Positions 8,697 to 17,779 of a DNA stretch of 48,006 bases are shown in pieces. The notes beneath the pieces were generated by a model. That model was not told the origin of the DNA. It made no database searches and was given only the letters and a program-made list of their open reading frames with translations. The stretch covers positions 1-48,006 of the IMG/VR virus record IMGVR_UViG_2541047905_000004. The stretch is one strand, 5' to 3'. Made by a program: the position numbers and the translations under genes. The first letter of the stretch is position 1, and every line of letters starts with the position of its first letter. This DNA comes from a virus. Taxonomy: Duplodnaviria; Heunggongvirae; Uroviricota; Caudoviricetes.

Positions 8697-9383
8697 ATGG
8701 TTAAATTTAATAATAACTTTGATTTTCCATTGGTAACAATACTGACGGTGTTGCTATTTATATTGGCATATTTTTTTAAACTTGGTGAGGCCGTTTATTT
8801 TGGTTATCCAGCAATACTTATATCATTAGATTTAACGAGTGTTGCGAATATTTCTTTAAAGCTTTTTTTCTATTTTGGTAGTATTGTTATAGGTGTTTTT
8901 AATTTTATTTTGAATGATGGTGCGATTAAACTTAATAAAATTAAGTATGTTCTTTGGATTTTTATTGCCATAACAATATTTTCAGTTTTTTTAAGTTTTA
9001 AGAGGGGGGAGAAAGACTTAGTTAACTATCTTAATGGTGGTCTTTTTGGTATTTGTTCATGGTTGGTGGTAATGTCGTTGTTCAAAACATTTGAACGAAG
9101 TGGTGATTTGATTAATATAGATTTCGTATATGCCATATTAACGGTTTTCTTTATGTCAGTTACTAGTTTTCTTGGAGGGATTAATTATCATAATCAGTTT
9201 GCATCTGTTCTATGGAAAACCTTGGATGGAAAAATAGTAGTTGGAGAATATAACGGCAATTTTGTTTTAAAGAAATGCGTAGATGGCAAAGGGGTTTTTA
9301 GCTTTAGAGAGGTAAATGGTAGCGAATTTGTTGAGGTTGTAAATTATGTGGAAGGGAAGTTTAATCCAAGGTGCAATAGATAA
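8697..9383 (+). CDS. Hypothetical polytopic membrane protein (228 aa), AT-rich
   Basis: ATG at 8697; about five hydrophobic helices (LVTILTVLLFILAYFF, FYFGSIVIGVFNFIL, VLWIFIAITIFSVFLSF, LFGICSWLVVMSLF, VYAILTVFFMSVTSFLGGI) followed by a roughly 60-aa soluble tail. Confidence 0.5.
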   Translation: MVKFNNNFDFPLVTILTVLLFILAYFFKLGEAVYFGYPAILISLDLTSVANISLKLFFYFGSIVIGVFNFILNDGAIKLNKIKYVLWIFIAITIFSVFLSFKRGEKDLVNYLNGGLFGICSWLVVMSLFKTFERSGDLINIDFVYAILTVFFMSVTSFLGGINYHNQFASVLWKTLDGKIVVGEYNGNFVLKKCVDGKGVFSFREVNGSEFVEVVNYVEGKFNPRCNR

Positions 9384-9406
9384 AGGTGCCAGGGCACCTT
9401 TCAAAT
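9384..9406. terminator. Bidirectional hairpin between convergent genes
   Basis: AAAGGTGCC-AGG-GCACCTTT between the stops of the 8697..9383 ORF and the portal gene. Confidence 0.4.
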
Positions 9407-9411
9407 AATTA

Positions 9412-10437
9412 TTAAAGTTTGTAGGCGTCAAAACTGATAACAGTTTTACCTAACCATATATTCAATTCTTCAAATCTTTTTTGCAATGATGTTAGTTCAT
9501 TTCTTACAAAAACATTACTCGCCTTCTCCACATCCCCAAACCCTCCAACATTATTAGGCATAATCCCCATCATTTGCGGCGGCACGCGGTGCGCAGCCAT
9601 CATGTCATCCCGGCTCACGTTCTTGATATTCAAAAATTCATCCTTTGCCGCGACTTCTGACAGAGGAATAATCTGAAGCCCGTCCTTTTTGCCGTTAGGC
9701 GAGTACATAAACAGGTTGCGGAAGTTGCCTGGACCTTTGGCGCTTTTCATCGCGTTGCGGAGGTTGTTCACATCTTCCTGGTTCTGCGCGGCGTCGGTCA
9801 TATACATGATGAAGCCAGCATGACTGCCGTTAATGTAATACTTTCGACGGAACAGCGTGGCGGACTCATTGAGCAGGGCGGACGGAATGGCAGAAAGATA
9901 GCCGGGCAAGCCGTAGATCTCCTGGTTAATGTCCGGTTCCATCAGATGAAAAATGCTGCCTTTCGTGAACTGATATGGCTGGGTTGTCATACCGTATTGC
10001 ACAAACCAGTAGGTATCCAAGTCTAACCCGCGTCGGGTGTATTTTGCCAGCGCAGGCTCAAGGGCGATAACTTCACCGAAGCGGTTCGTGCGTTTCTCCA
10101 GGTAGGCGTTACCAAAAACCAAATAGTCCTGCACAAAACGCGAAAAAGCCTGCTGGCTGAGCAGCGGGTGAGGGATGTAGGTGCTGGTCAAAATGTTGCA
10201 TTTCACCGCAATCGGTGAGCTGTGATGCACGGCGGCACGGAAGGTTCGTGCCAGCCCGTCAAAGCTGACGGGCGGCTCATACCAGCGATCCATCTGTACG
10301 CATTCCACATAGTCCAGCAGTTCGCGGCGGTCCAGAACAGGAACGGGATCACCGAAGCTGAATGCTTCGGCTGAAGTCTGGCTTTTATGCTGGTTCTGGT
10401 TCGTCGACGCAGCGCGGTTCTTCTTACTCTTTCCCAT
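9412..10437 (-). CDS. Q: Portal protein (P2 gpQ-like)
   Basis: ATG at 10435-10437 (rc) overlapping the P stop (TGATG); track ORF starts 3 nt earlier at TTG. MGKSKKNRAAS...; size and order Q-P as in P2/186. Confidence 0.85.
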   Translation of the reverse strand: MGKSKKNRAASTNQNQHKSQTSAEAFSFGDPVPVLDRRELLDYVECVQMDRWYEPPVSFDGLARTFRAAVHHSSPIAVKCNILTSTYIPHPLLSQQAFSRFVQDYLVFGNAYLEKRTNRFGEVIALEPALAKYTRRGLDLDTYWFVQYGMTTQPYQFTKGSIFHLMEPDINQEIYGLPGYLSAIPSALLNESATLFRRKYYINGSHAGFIMYMTDAAQNQEDVNNLRNAMKSAKGPGNFRNLFMYSPNGKKDGLQIIPLSEVAAKDEFLNIKNVSRDDMMAAHRVPPQMMGIMPNNVGGFGDVEKASNVFVRNELTSLQKRFEELNIWLGKTVISFDAYKL

Positions 10438-12203
10438 CAAAAAATCTCCACAATATTGCTGGCATTGGCGGACTCGCCCTGCAGCGGTTCGTTAAACAGT
10501 GCGTGCATTGTTGCCCAGGCCAGATCGGCATGGCTGGCTTCTTCGCTGCGGCTGGCTTCATAGGTCGGGCGGTTGCCGCTGGCGGTGGTGGCGCGACGGA
10601 TTGCCATGAATGACTGCGCAATGTCGGTGTGTCCGGCGTCAAATTCCAGGCGGCGGTGACTGATAATGTCGTAGGCCTTGAGTACCAGGGCGTTTTTAAC
10701 GTTGGGGTTGTAGACAAACTCCCGGACGGCAGGAAAAAACGCTTTCACGTTCTCGTAAACCCCGTGACCGACGCCGGTCGAGTCGATGCCGATATAGGTC
10801 ACGTTATACTGTTCGGTCAGTTTTTTGATGGCGTCAGCCTGGGCGCGGAAGTCCATTCCGCGCCACTGGTGACGCTCAAGAATGCGGAACTTACCGCCCT
10901 GCACGGCTGGCGGTGCCACCACCACGCATCCGGCGCTGTCGCCGTTCTGCGTACCTTTTGCCGGGTCATAACCGATCCACACTTCGCGCCAGCCAAACGG
11001 GCGCAGGGCCAGTGCATGAAAGTCGGTCCAGACTTCCCAACTGTCCACCATGCACGCCTGCAGCTCGCTGAGCGGGAACACGGACGCGAGATCGTCCACG
11101 AACTCACACATCAGCAGGTTCTGGTATTCGTCCGGGCTGTATTCCATGCGCAACTGGTCAAGGTCGAACAGGTTACAGCCGCCGCGCACCGCATCTTCTA
11201 CGGTGACTATCTGGCGGTATTGCCCGTCTGCGCACAGCAGGCCGGGGGCCAGATTGCTGTGGGACAGGTCGATGTCCACCTTGTCGGCTTTGTTGCGTCC
11301 ACGGTTGAACAGCGCACCGGACCAGAACGGATAAGCACTGTGGGTCAGGCTGGATGGCGTGGAAAAATAGGTTTGTCGCCATTTTTTGTGAATAGCCATA
11401 CCGGAAGCCACTTTGCGCAGCTCCTGGAATTTCGGGATCCAGAAATATTCATCCAGATACAGGTTGCCGTGGTAACTCTGGGCAGTGCGGGCATTGGTGC
11501 CGAGGAAGTAAAGCGTGGCCCCGTTAGGAAGCACCATCGGATCACCTTTCAGCTCCACCTCGACTTCTTTGGCAAAATCGATGATGTACTGCTTAAAGAC
11601 GTGAGCCTGTGCCTTACTGGCAGAAAGGAAAATCTGGTTACGTCCGGTAAGCAGGGCGTCAATCAGGGCTTCACGGGCAAAATAGAAGGTCGCGCCGATC
11701 TGGCGTGACTTTAGCAGGTTGCGGATGCGGTTGGTTTTTCCGGCTTCCCACCAGTGGCGCTGGTAGTTGAACATGGAGGAATGGAAGATTTCTTCCAGCT
11801 TCTCAATCTGTTCATCGGTGAAAACGTTCTTTTCCGGCTGACGACGCGGGCCTTTGTTGCGGTTGGCGACGTTAGGGTTTAAGTCGGCTTCGTTGCCGCC
11901 ATTGTTAAACTTGCCGATCCGCGCGTGGCGCTCCGACTGGCGCGCCAGCAGGTCAATCTCTTTGAAATCTTTCCCTTCTTTGTGCTCCTTCATAATGAGC
12001 TGGCAGTAGCGTGCGGCGGTGGTGAGCTGCATCTGATCCAGCGGCCCATAGTCACCCCACTTGTCGCGTTTTTTCCAGCTGTGAACGGTTGCAACTTTCT
12101 CGCCCAGCATTTCAGCAATGCGGGCTACGCGGTATCCCTGAAAGTACAGCAGCATGGCCTGCCGACGGGGATCGAGATCTGCGGGTGTCAGTGTGGTGTT
12201 CAT
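10437..12203 (-). CDS. P: Terminase large (ATPase) subunit (P2 gpP-like)
   Basis: 588 aa, ATG at 12203 (rc); divergent from O as in P2; N-terminus MNTTLTPADLDPRRQAMLLYFQGYRVARIAEMLG recalled as gpP-like. Confidence 0.85.
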   Translation of the reverse strand: MNTTLTPADLDPRRQAMLLYFQGYRVARIAEMLGEKVATVHSWKKRDKWGDYGPLDQMQLTTAARYCQLIMKEHKEGKDFKEIDLLARQSERHARIGKFNNGGNEADLNPNVANRNKGPRRQPEKNVFTDEQIEKLEEIFHSSMFNYQRHWWEAGKTNRIRNLLKSRQIGATFYFAREALIDALLTGRNQIFLSASKAQAHVFKQYIIDFAKEVEVELKGDPMVLPNGATLYFLGTNARTAQSYHGNLYLDEYFWIPKFQELRKVASGMAIHKKWRQTYFSTPSSLTHSAYPFWSGALFNRGRNKADKVDIDLSHSNLAPGLLCADGQYRQIVTVEDAVRGGCNLFDLDQLRMEYSPDEYQNLLMCEFVDDLASVFPLSELQACMVDSWEVWTDFHALALRPFGWREVWIGYDPAKGTQNGDSAGCVVVAPPAVQGGKFRILERHQWRGMDFRAQADAIKKLTEQYNVTYIGIDSTGVGHGVYENVKAFFPAVREFVYNPNVKNALVLKAYDIISHRRLEFDAGHTDIAQSFMAIRRATTASGNRPTYEASRSEEASHADLAWATMHALFNEPLQGESANASNIVEIF

Positions 12204-12249
12204 GGCACAAACCTACAGCCTTGAATGAAGGCTTTCCCCGCCTGCGGTT

Positions 12250-12267
12250 TGTGTGGTTCTCGGTACA
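12250..12267. promoter_or_regulatory. Late promoter activator site (TGT-N12-ACA, Ogr/B type) in the P/O divergent region
   Basis: TGT at 12250-12252, 12-nt spacer, ACA at 12265-12267; about 80 bp upstream of the O ATG. Confidence 0.4.
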
Positions 12268-12345
12268 AATACCGCGCATTGTTTCACTGCCCCCATCACC
12301 GCAACCATAAGGCTCCAGTAAGTTTTTTCTAACGGAGCACGGCTC

Positions 12346-13179
12346 ATGACAGTGAAAGCAAAGCGTTTTCGCATCGGGGTGGAAGGTGCCACCACCGACG
12401 GACGCGAAATCCAGCGTGAATGGCTGGAACAGATGGCAGCCAGCTACAACCCGGCGGTGTATACCGCGCTGATTAACCTTGAGCACATCAAGTCTTATCT
12501 GCCGGACAGCACCTTTAACCGCTACGGCAAGGTGACGGAGCTGTTTGCTGAAGAAATCACGGAAGGTCCGCTGGCAGGCAAGATGGCGCTGTATGCCGAC
12601 GTTGAGCCAACGGAGTCCCTGGTGGAACTGGTGAAAAAAGGCCAGAAATTATTCACCTCTATGGAAGTCAGCCCGAAGTTCGCTGATACGGGCAAAGCCT
12701 ACCTGGTCGGCCTGGCTGCCACTGATGACCCTGCCAGTCTGGGTACGGAAATGCTGACATTCAGCGCCAGTGCAGCCCATAACCCACTGGCAAACCGCAA
12801 GCAGAATCCTGCCAATCTCTTTACCGCTGCAGAAGAAACGGTGATCGAACTGGAAGAAATCCAGGACGATAAACCGTCCCTGTTTGCCCGTGTCACGGCG
12901 CTGTTTACCAAAAAAGAGCAGTCCGATGACGCCCGGTTCTCTGATGTGCATAAGGCCGTGGAGCTGGTCGCCACTGAGCAGCAGAACCTGAGCGCACGCA
13001 CCGAAAAATCCCTGTCTGAGCAGGAAGAACGCCTGTCTGAGCTGGAGACAGCCCTGCAGGCACAGCAAACCGCCTTTAACGAACTGGTGGACAAGCTGAG
13101 TCATGAAGACAGCCGCCAGGACTACCGCCAGCGTGCAACAGGCGGTAACGCCCCCGTTGACACTCTGACCAATTGCTGA
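12346..13179 (+). CDS. O: Capsid scaffolding protein (gpO-like)
   Basis: ATG at 12346 after GGAG; 277 aa; order O-N-M as in P2. Confidence 0.85.
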   Translation: MTVKAKRFRIGVEGATTDGREIQREWLEQMAASYNPAVYTALINLEHIKSYLPDSTFNRYGKVTELFAEEITEGPLAGKMALYADVEPTESLVELVKKGQKLFTSMEVSPKFADTGKAYLVGLAATDDPASLGTEMLTFSASAAHNPLANRKQNPANLFTAAEETVIELEEIQDDKPSLFARVTALFTKKEQSDDARFSDVHKAVELVATEQQNLSARTEKSLSEQEERLSELETALQAQQTAFNELVDKLSHEDSRQDYRQRATGGNAPVDTLTNC

Positions 13180-13195
13180 TGGAGCACAAAACCCG

Positions 13196-14254
13196 ATGAA
13201 GAAGAATACCCGCTTTGCTTTTAACGCTTACCTGCAGCAGCTGGCGCGTCTGAACGGTGTGGCAGTTGAAGAACTGTCCAGCAAGTTCACCGTGGAGCCG
13301 TCTGTGCAGCAGACGCTGGAAGACCAGATCCAGCAGTCCGCCGCTTTCCTGACGCTGATTAACGTCACGCCAGTGACTGAGCAGTCCGGTCAGCTGCTGG
13401 GGCTGGGTGTTGGCAGCACCATTGCCGGAACCACTGACACCACCGCGAAAGAGCGTGAGCCTGTCGATCCGACGCTGATGGTCGATGTGGAATACAAATG
13501 CGAGCAGACCAACTTTGATACGGTGCTGACCTACGCGAAGCTGGACCTGTGGGCGAAATTTCAGGATTTCCAGGTGCGTATCCGTGACGCCATCGTGAAA
13601 CGTCAGGCACTGGACCGCATCATGATCGGCTTTAACGGCGTGAAGCGTGCGAAAACCTCCAACCGTAGTGAAAACCCGCTGCTGCAGGATGTGAACAAAG
13701 GCTGGCTGCAGAAAATCCGTGAGGATGCACCGGATCACGTCATGGGCAGCACCACCACAGGCGGTGAAACCACACCGGGCGCGGTGAAAGTCGGTAAAGG
13801 TGGCGAATATGCCAACCTGGACGCTGTGGTGATGGATGCCGTCAATGAGCTTATCGACGTGGTCTACCAGGACGATGACGATCTGGTGGTGATTTGCGGT
13901 CGTGAACTGTTGTCTGACAAGTATTTCCCACTGGTCAACAAAGAGCAGGAAAACAGTGAAAAACTGGCTGCCGATATGATCATCAGTCAGAAACGCATGG
14001 GTGGCCTGCAGGCCGTGCGTGCGCCGTTCTTTCCGCCGAATGCGCTGCTGATCACCCGTCTGGATAACCTGTCCATCTACTGGCAGGAAGACACCCGCCG
14101 CCGTTCAGTTATCGACAACCCGAAACGTGACCGGATTGAAAATTTTGAATCCGTTAACGAAGCCTATGTGGTTGAGGACTACCGCTGCGCCGCACTGGTG
14201 GAAAACATCCAGATTGGCGACTTCAGCGCCGCCGCAGCAGAAACCGGAGCGTAA
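13196..14254 (+). CDS. N: Major capsid protein (gpN-like)
   Basis: ATG at 13196 after GGAG; 352 aa; MKKNTRFAFNAYLQQLARLNGV N-terminus typical of P2 N. Confidence 0.9.
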   Translation: MKKNTRFAFNAYLQQLARLNGVAVEELSSKFTVEPSVQQTLEDQIQQSAAFLTLINVTPVTEQSGQLLGLGVGSTIAGTTDTTAKEREPVDPTLMVDVEYKCEQTNFDTVLTYAKLDLWAKFQDFQVRIRDAIVKRQALDRIMIGFNGVKRAKTSNRSENPLLQDVNKGWLQKIREDAPDHVMGSTTTGGETTPGAVKVGKGGEYANLDAVVMDAVNELIDVVYQDDDDLVVICGRELLSDKYFPLVNKEQENSEKLAADMIISQKRMGGLQAVRAPFFPPNALLITRLDNLSIYWQEDTRRRSVIDNPKRDRIENFESVNEAYVVEDYRCAALVENIQIGDFSAAAAETGA

Positions 14255-14257
14255 TCC

Positions 14258-14908
14258 ATGAGCCTGAGTCCCGCACGGCAGCATCGCCTGCGCGTTCAGG
14301 CTGAACAGGCCGCCCGTGAGGGCGGCAGTGTTCGCCACGCGTCGGGCTATGACCTGATGCTGCTGCAACTGGCGGAAGACCGTCGCCGTCTCAAGGGCGT
14401 TCAGTCCACGGTGAAAAAAGCGGAAATAAAGGTGGAGCTGCTGCCGAAATATGCCGCCTGGGCGGAGGGCGTCCTGGCTGCCGGAGGCGCTCAACAGGAT
14501 GACGTGCTGATGTATGTGATGCTGTGGCGCATTGATGCCGGAGATTATGCCGGGGCGCTGGAGATCGGGCGTCATGCCCTGCGTCATGGCTGGGTGATGC
14601 CGCTGGGTAACCGCAACGTGCAGACCGTGCTGGCAGAGGAAATGGCAGATGCAGCGCAGAGCGCAATGCTTGCCGCCACCGGCTTTGATGCCGATCTGTT
14701 GCTGCAGACGCTGGAGCTGACAGACGGTCTGGATATGCCGGACCAGTCACGGGCGCGTCTGCATAAAGCGATTGGCGCTGTCCTGAGTGAAAGCAATCCG
14801 GCTTCCGCCCTTAATCATCTCAACCATGCGTTACAGCTCGATCCCCGCTGTGGCGTGAAAAAAGACAAACAGCAGCTGGAGCGCAGACTGCGCAATGACA
14901 GCCGCTGA
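14258..14908 (+). CDS. M: Terminase small/endonuclease subunit (gpM-like)
   Basis: ATG at 14258 after GGAG; 216 aa; follows N. Confidence 0.85.
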   Translation: MSLSPARQHRLRVQAEQAAREGGSVRHASGYDLMLLQLAEDRRRLKGVQSTVKKAEIKVELLPKYAAWAEGVLAAGGAQQDDVLMYVMLWRIDAGDYAGALEIGRHALRHGWVMPLGNRNVQTVLAEEMADAAQSAMLAATGFDADLLLQTLELTDGLDMPDQSRARLHKAIGAVLSESNPASALNHLNHALQLDPRCGVKKDKQQLERRLRNDSR

Positions 14909-15002
14909 CAGAACGTGCCCCGCGCACGGGCGGCACGGGGTGGCGAAAGGCACTGCCACATCAAAACCCCGTCCACCGCCCTTTATTTCAGGAGAAAGCA
15001 GC

Positions 15003-15467
15003 ATGAAGTTTGTTGCGCCAGAACAGGCACCGGAACAGGCGGAAATCATCAGAAATACGCCGTTCTGGCCTGATGTGGACCTGTCGGAGTTTCGCAGTGT
15101 CATGCGCACTGACGGCACGGTGACGCAGCCGCGTTTAAAGCAGGTTGCGCTGTCGGCAATTTCGGAGGTCAACGCAGAGCTGTATGAGTTTCGCAGACGC
15201 CAGCAGATGCTGGGGTATGCCTCGCTGGCAGAAGTCCCGGCGGAACAACTGGACGGCAAAAGCGAGCGCATTCAGCACTATTTCAACGCGGTTTACTGCT
15301 GGGCACGCGCCATGCTCAACGAACGTTACCTGGACTATGACGCCACGGCATCGGGTGTGAAGCGAGGCGAGGAACTGGCAGAAGCCAGCGGTGATTTGTG
15401 GCGTGACGCCCGCTGGGCCATCAGCCGGGTACAGGATGCGCCGCACTGCACAGTGGAGCTTATCTGA
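15003..15467 (+). CDS. L: Head completion/stabilisation protein (gpL-like)
   Basis: ATG at 15003 after AGGAGAAAG (track ORF starts earlier); stop overlaps the X start. Confidence 0.75.
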   Translation: MKFVAPEQAPEQAEIIRNTPFWPDVDLSEFRSVMRTDGTVTQPRLKQVALSAISEVNAELYEFRRRQQMLGYASLAEVPAEQLDGKSERIQHYFNAVYCWARAMLNERYLDYDATASGVKRGEELAEASGDLWRDARWAISRVQDAPHCTVELI

Positions 15468-15670
15468 TGAAAGTGCGTGCGCATCAGTATGACACGGTGG
15501 ACGCGCTTTGCTGGCGTCATTACGGGCGCACGCAGGGTGTCACGGAGCAGGTACTGAAGGCAAATCCGGGGCTTGCCGAACACGGCCCCTTTTTACCTCA
15601 CGGGCTGCAGGTGGAGCTGCCGGACATTCCGATCACCACCACCGTGCAGACCGTCCAGCTATGGGACTGA
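15467..15670 (+). CDS. X: Tail protein X (gpX-like)
   Basis: 67 aa, MKVRAHQYDTVDALCWRHYGRT...; ATG overlaps the L stop. Confidence 0.8.
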   Translation: MKVRAHQYDTVDALCWRHYGRTQGVTEQVLKANPGLAEHGPFLPHGLQVELPDIPITTTVQTVQLWD

Positions 15671-15673
15671 ATT

Positions 15674-15889
15674 ATGACGCTTGAGCGAATCAGCGCCTTT
15701 ATCACGTATTGCATCGCCGTCGTGCTGGCCTGGCTGGGCGATTTGTCCATCAAGGATGCCTCAACGCTGGGCGGCCTGATGATTGGTGTACTGATGCTGG
15801 CTATCAACTGGTACTACAAACACAAAGCCTACCAGCTTCTGCGCGACGGGCAGATCTCGCGGGAGGACTATGAATCCATCAATCGTTAA
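15674..15889 (+). CDS. Holin (two TM segments; possible pinholin)
   Basis: 71 aa with two hydrophobic segments and a charged C-terminus; immediately upstream of and overlapping the endolysin. Confidence 0.6.
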   Translation: MTLERISAFITYCIAVVLAWLGDLSIKDASTLGGLMIGVLMLAINWYYKHKAYQLLRDGQISREDYESINR

Positions 15890-16385
15890 ACGCTGCCTTG
15901 TCGGGGCCGTGCTGGCTATTGCTGCCACGCTGCCGGGTTTTCAGCAGCTTCACACCTCCGTGGAAGGGCTGAAACTGATTGCCGATTACGAAGGTTGTCG
16001 TCTGCAGCCGTATCAGTGCAGCGCGGGTGTCTGGACCGACGGCATTGGTAATACATCGGGCGTCATCCCGGGCAAAACCATTACGGAACGACAGGCAGCG
16101 GAAGGGCTGATCTCCAACGTGCTGCGTGTGGAGCGGGCGCTGGAAAGGTGTGTGAAGCAACAGCCGCCGCAGAAGGTGTATGACGCTGCGGTGTCGTTTG
16201 CCTTCAACGTGGGAACGGGAAATGCCTGCAGTTCCACACTGGTGAAATTACTCAATCAGCGGCGCTGGGCGGATGCGTGCCGACAGTTGCCGCGCTGGGT
16301 TTATGTAAAAGGTGTTTTTAATCAGGGGCTGGATAACCGCCGTGCGCGGGAGATGGCCTGGTGCCTTAAAGGAGCTGGACTATGA
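15870..16385 (+). CDS. SAR-type endolysin (T4-lysozyme-like muramidase)
   Basis: ATG at 15870 after GGGAGGA; weakly hydrophobic Gly/Ala-rich N-terminus (CLVGAVLAIAATLPG) followed by an E...D...T catalytic pattern (EGLKLIADYEG...DGIGNT). Confidence 0.8.
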   Translation: MNPSIVKRCLVGAVLAIAATLPGFQQLHTSVEGLKLIADYEGCRLQPYQCSAGVWTDGIGNTSGVIPGKTITERQAAEGLISNVLRVERALERCVKQQPPQKVYDAAVSFAFNVGTGNACSSTLVKLLNQRRWADACRQLPRWVYVKGVFNQGLDNRRAREMAWCLKGAGL

Positions 16386-16810
16386 CGCGTGCTCTGGCAG
16401 TAGTGGTGGCGCTGGCACTCGTTGCGCTGGGCTGGCAGTCGAGGCGGCTTAACAGCGCCAGCCACACCATCGAAACGCAGCGCGCGGCGCTGAAAAGTAA
16501 AGCGCAGGAACTAACGAAGAAAAATAGCCAGCTGATCGGTCTGTCCATTCTGGCTGAAACCAACAACCGGGAGCAGGCGCGGCTCTATGCCGACGCAGAA
16601 CAGACCAGCGCACTGCTGAGACAACGACAACACCGGATTGAGGAACTGAAACGTGAGAACGAGGATTTACGCCGCTGGGCTGATACTCCTTTGCCTGCTG
16701 ACATTATCCGGCTGCGGGAACGCCCCACGCTCACCGGAGGTGCAGCTTACCGTCAGTGGTTGTCCGCGAGTGACGCCGTGTCGGCTGGAGCAGGCAGCGC
16801 CGCGCACTAA
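16382..16810 (+). CDS. i-spanin (Rz/LysB-like)
   Basis: N-terminal TM (ALAVVVALALVALGW) and a coiled-coil-like Q/R/E-rich body; start overlaps the endolysin stop. Confidence 0.6.
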   Translation: MTRALAVVVALALVALGWQSRRLNSASHTIETQRAALKSKAQELTKKNSQLIGLSILAETNNREQARLYADAEQTSALLRQRQHRIEELKRENEDLRRWADTPLPADIIRLRERPTLTGGAAYRQWLSASDAVSAGAGSAAH

Positions 16811-16943
16811 TGGTGATCTGAACGCGTTGCTGGATGAAACGGAGGCTGCCTGGGCGGTCTGTGCAGACAAAGTGGACATGATTATTGCGTGTCAGGAGCG
16901 AAACAGTGAACAAACCACAATCCCTGCGCCACGCCCTCAATAA
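16653..16943 (+). CDS. o-spanin lipoprotein (Rz1/LysC-like), overlapping the i-spanin in another frame
   Basis: GTG start at 16653; lipobox LTLSGC in MRTRIYAAGLILLCLLTLSGC; Pro-rich; overlaps the i-spanin 3' half and the start of R. Confidence 0.5.
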   Translation: MRTRIYAAGLILLCLLTLSGCGNAPRSPEVQLTVSGCPRVTPCRLEQAAPRTNGDLNALLDETEAAWAVCADKVDMIIACQERNSEQTTIPAPRPQ

Positions 16944-17337
16944 AGCGGTGCCTTATGTCCGCAATAACCCGGACAAACTGCATCTGTTTGTGGATAACGG
17001 TTCGCTGGTTGCCACAGGGGCCAGCTCCATGTCGTGGGAGTACCGTTACACCCTGAACGCGGTGATTGAGGATTTCAGCGGCGACCAGAATCTGCTGATG
17101 GCCCCGGTTTTGCTGTGGCTGAGGGATAACCAGCCCGATGCCATCAATAACCCGGCGTTACGGGAAAAACTATTCACCTTTGAGGTGGATATTCTGCGCA
17201 ACGATGTCTGTGATATCAGCCTGAACCTGCAACTGACGGAGCGTGTGCTGGTCCGCACTGACGGCAGTGTGTCGAGCGTTGAAGCTGTAGCAGAACCCGA
17301 TGAACCTGAAGAAATGTGGACGGTGAAACGTGGCTGA
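16906..17337 (+). CDS. R: Tail completion protein R (gpR-like)
   Basis: GTG at 16906, 8 nt after AGGAG (track ORF starts at TTG 16885); similar to P2 R as recalled (LRRAL...IFVDNGS...RYTLN). Confidence 0.75.
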   Translation: MNKPQSLRHALNKAVPYVRNNPDKLHLFVDNGSLVATGASSMSWEYRYTLNAVIEDFSGDQNLLMAPVLLWLRDNQPDAINNPALREKLFTFEVDILRNDVCDISLNLQLTERVLVRTDGSVSSVEAVAEPDEPEEMWTVKRG

Positions 17338-17773
17338 ACTGCAGAAGGTGGACGACTGGTTGAGTGCCTTGCTGGCGAATCTGGAACCAGCCACGAGAAG
17401 TCGCATGATGCGCCAGCTGGCGCAGGAACTGCGCAGGACACAACAGAAGAACATCAGGATGCAGCGCAATCCAGATGGCAGTAGTTATGAACCGCGACGG
17501 GTAACAGCACGCAGTAAAAAGGGGCGTATCAAACGTCAGATGTTTGCAAAGCTGCGCACCACAAAATACCTGAAAACTGCCGCCAGCGCCGATTCTGCCA
17601 GCGTGCAGTTTGAAGGTAAGGTACAGCGCATTGCCCGTGTTCACCATTACGGCCTGCGTGATCGCGTCAGCCGCAAAGGACCGGAGGTCCGTTATGCAGA
17701 GCGGCAGTTACTTGGCATAGATTCTAAAATAACCGCCGTTATTCGTAATAAGCTATTTGAGTTTATTAAATAA
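17330..17773 (+). CDS. S: Tail completion / virion morphogenesis protein S (gpS-like)
   Basis: GTG start at 17330 directly after the in-frame stop; 147 aa; follows R. Confidence 0.8.
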   Translation: MAELQKVDDWLSALLANLEPATRSRMMRQLAQELRRTQQKNIRMQRNPDGSSYEPRRVTARSKKGRIKRQMFAKLRTTKYLKTAASADSASVQFEGKVQRIARVHHYGLRDRVSRKGPEVRYAERQLLGIDSKITAVIRNKLFEFIK

Positions 17774-17779
17774 AAACTC

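Noticed and set aside
10629-11708. 359-aa + strand ORF inside the terminase P gene, and similar long antisense ORFs such as 5466..6188 in A, 13076..13738 in N, 22483..23166 in H, 14105..14587 in M
   Set aside because: All are antisense to well-supported structural or replication genes in high-GC DNA, lack start context, and have low-complexity Arg/Ala/Gly-rich translations; they are mirror-frame artefacts.
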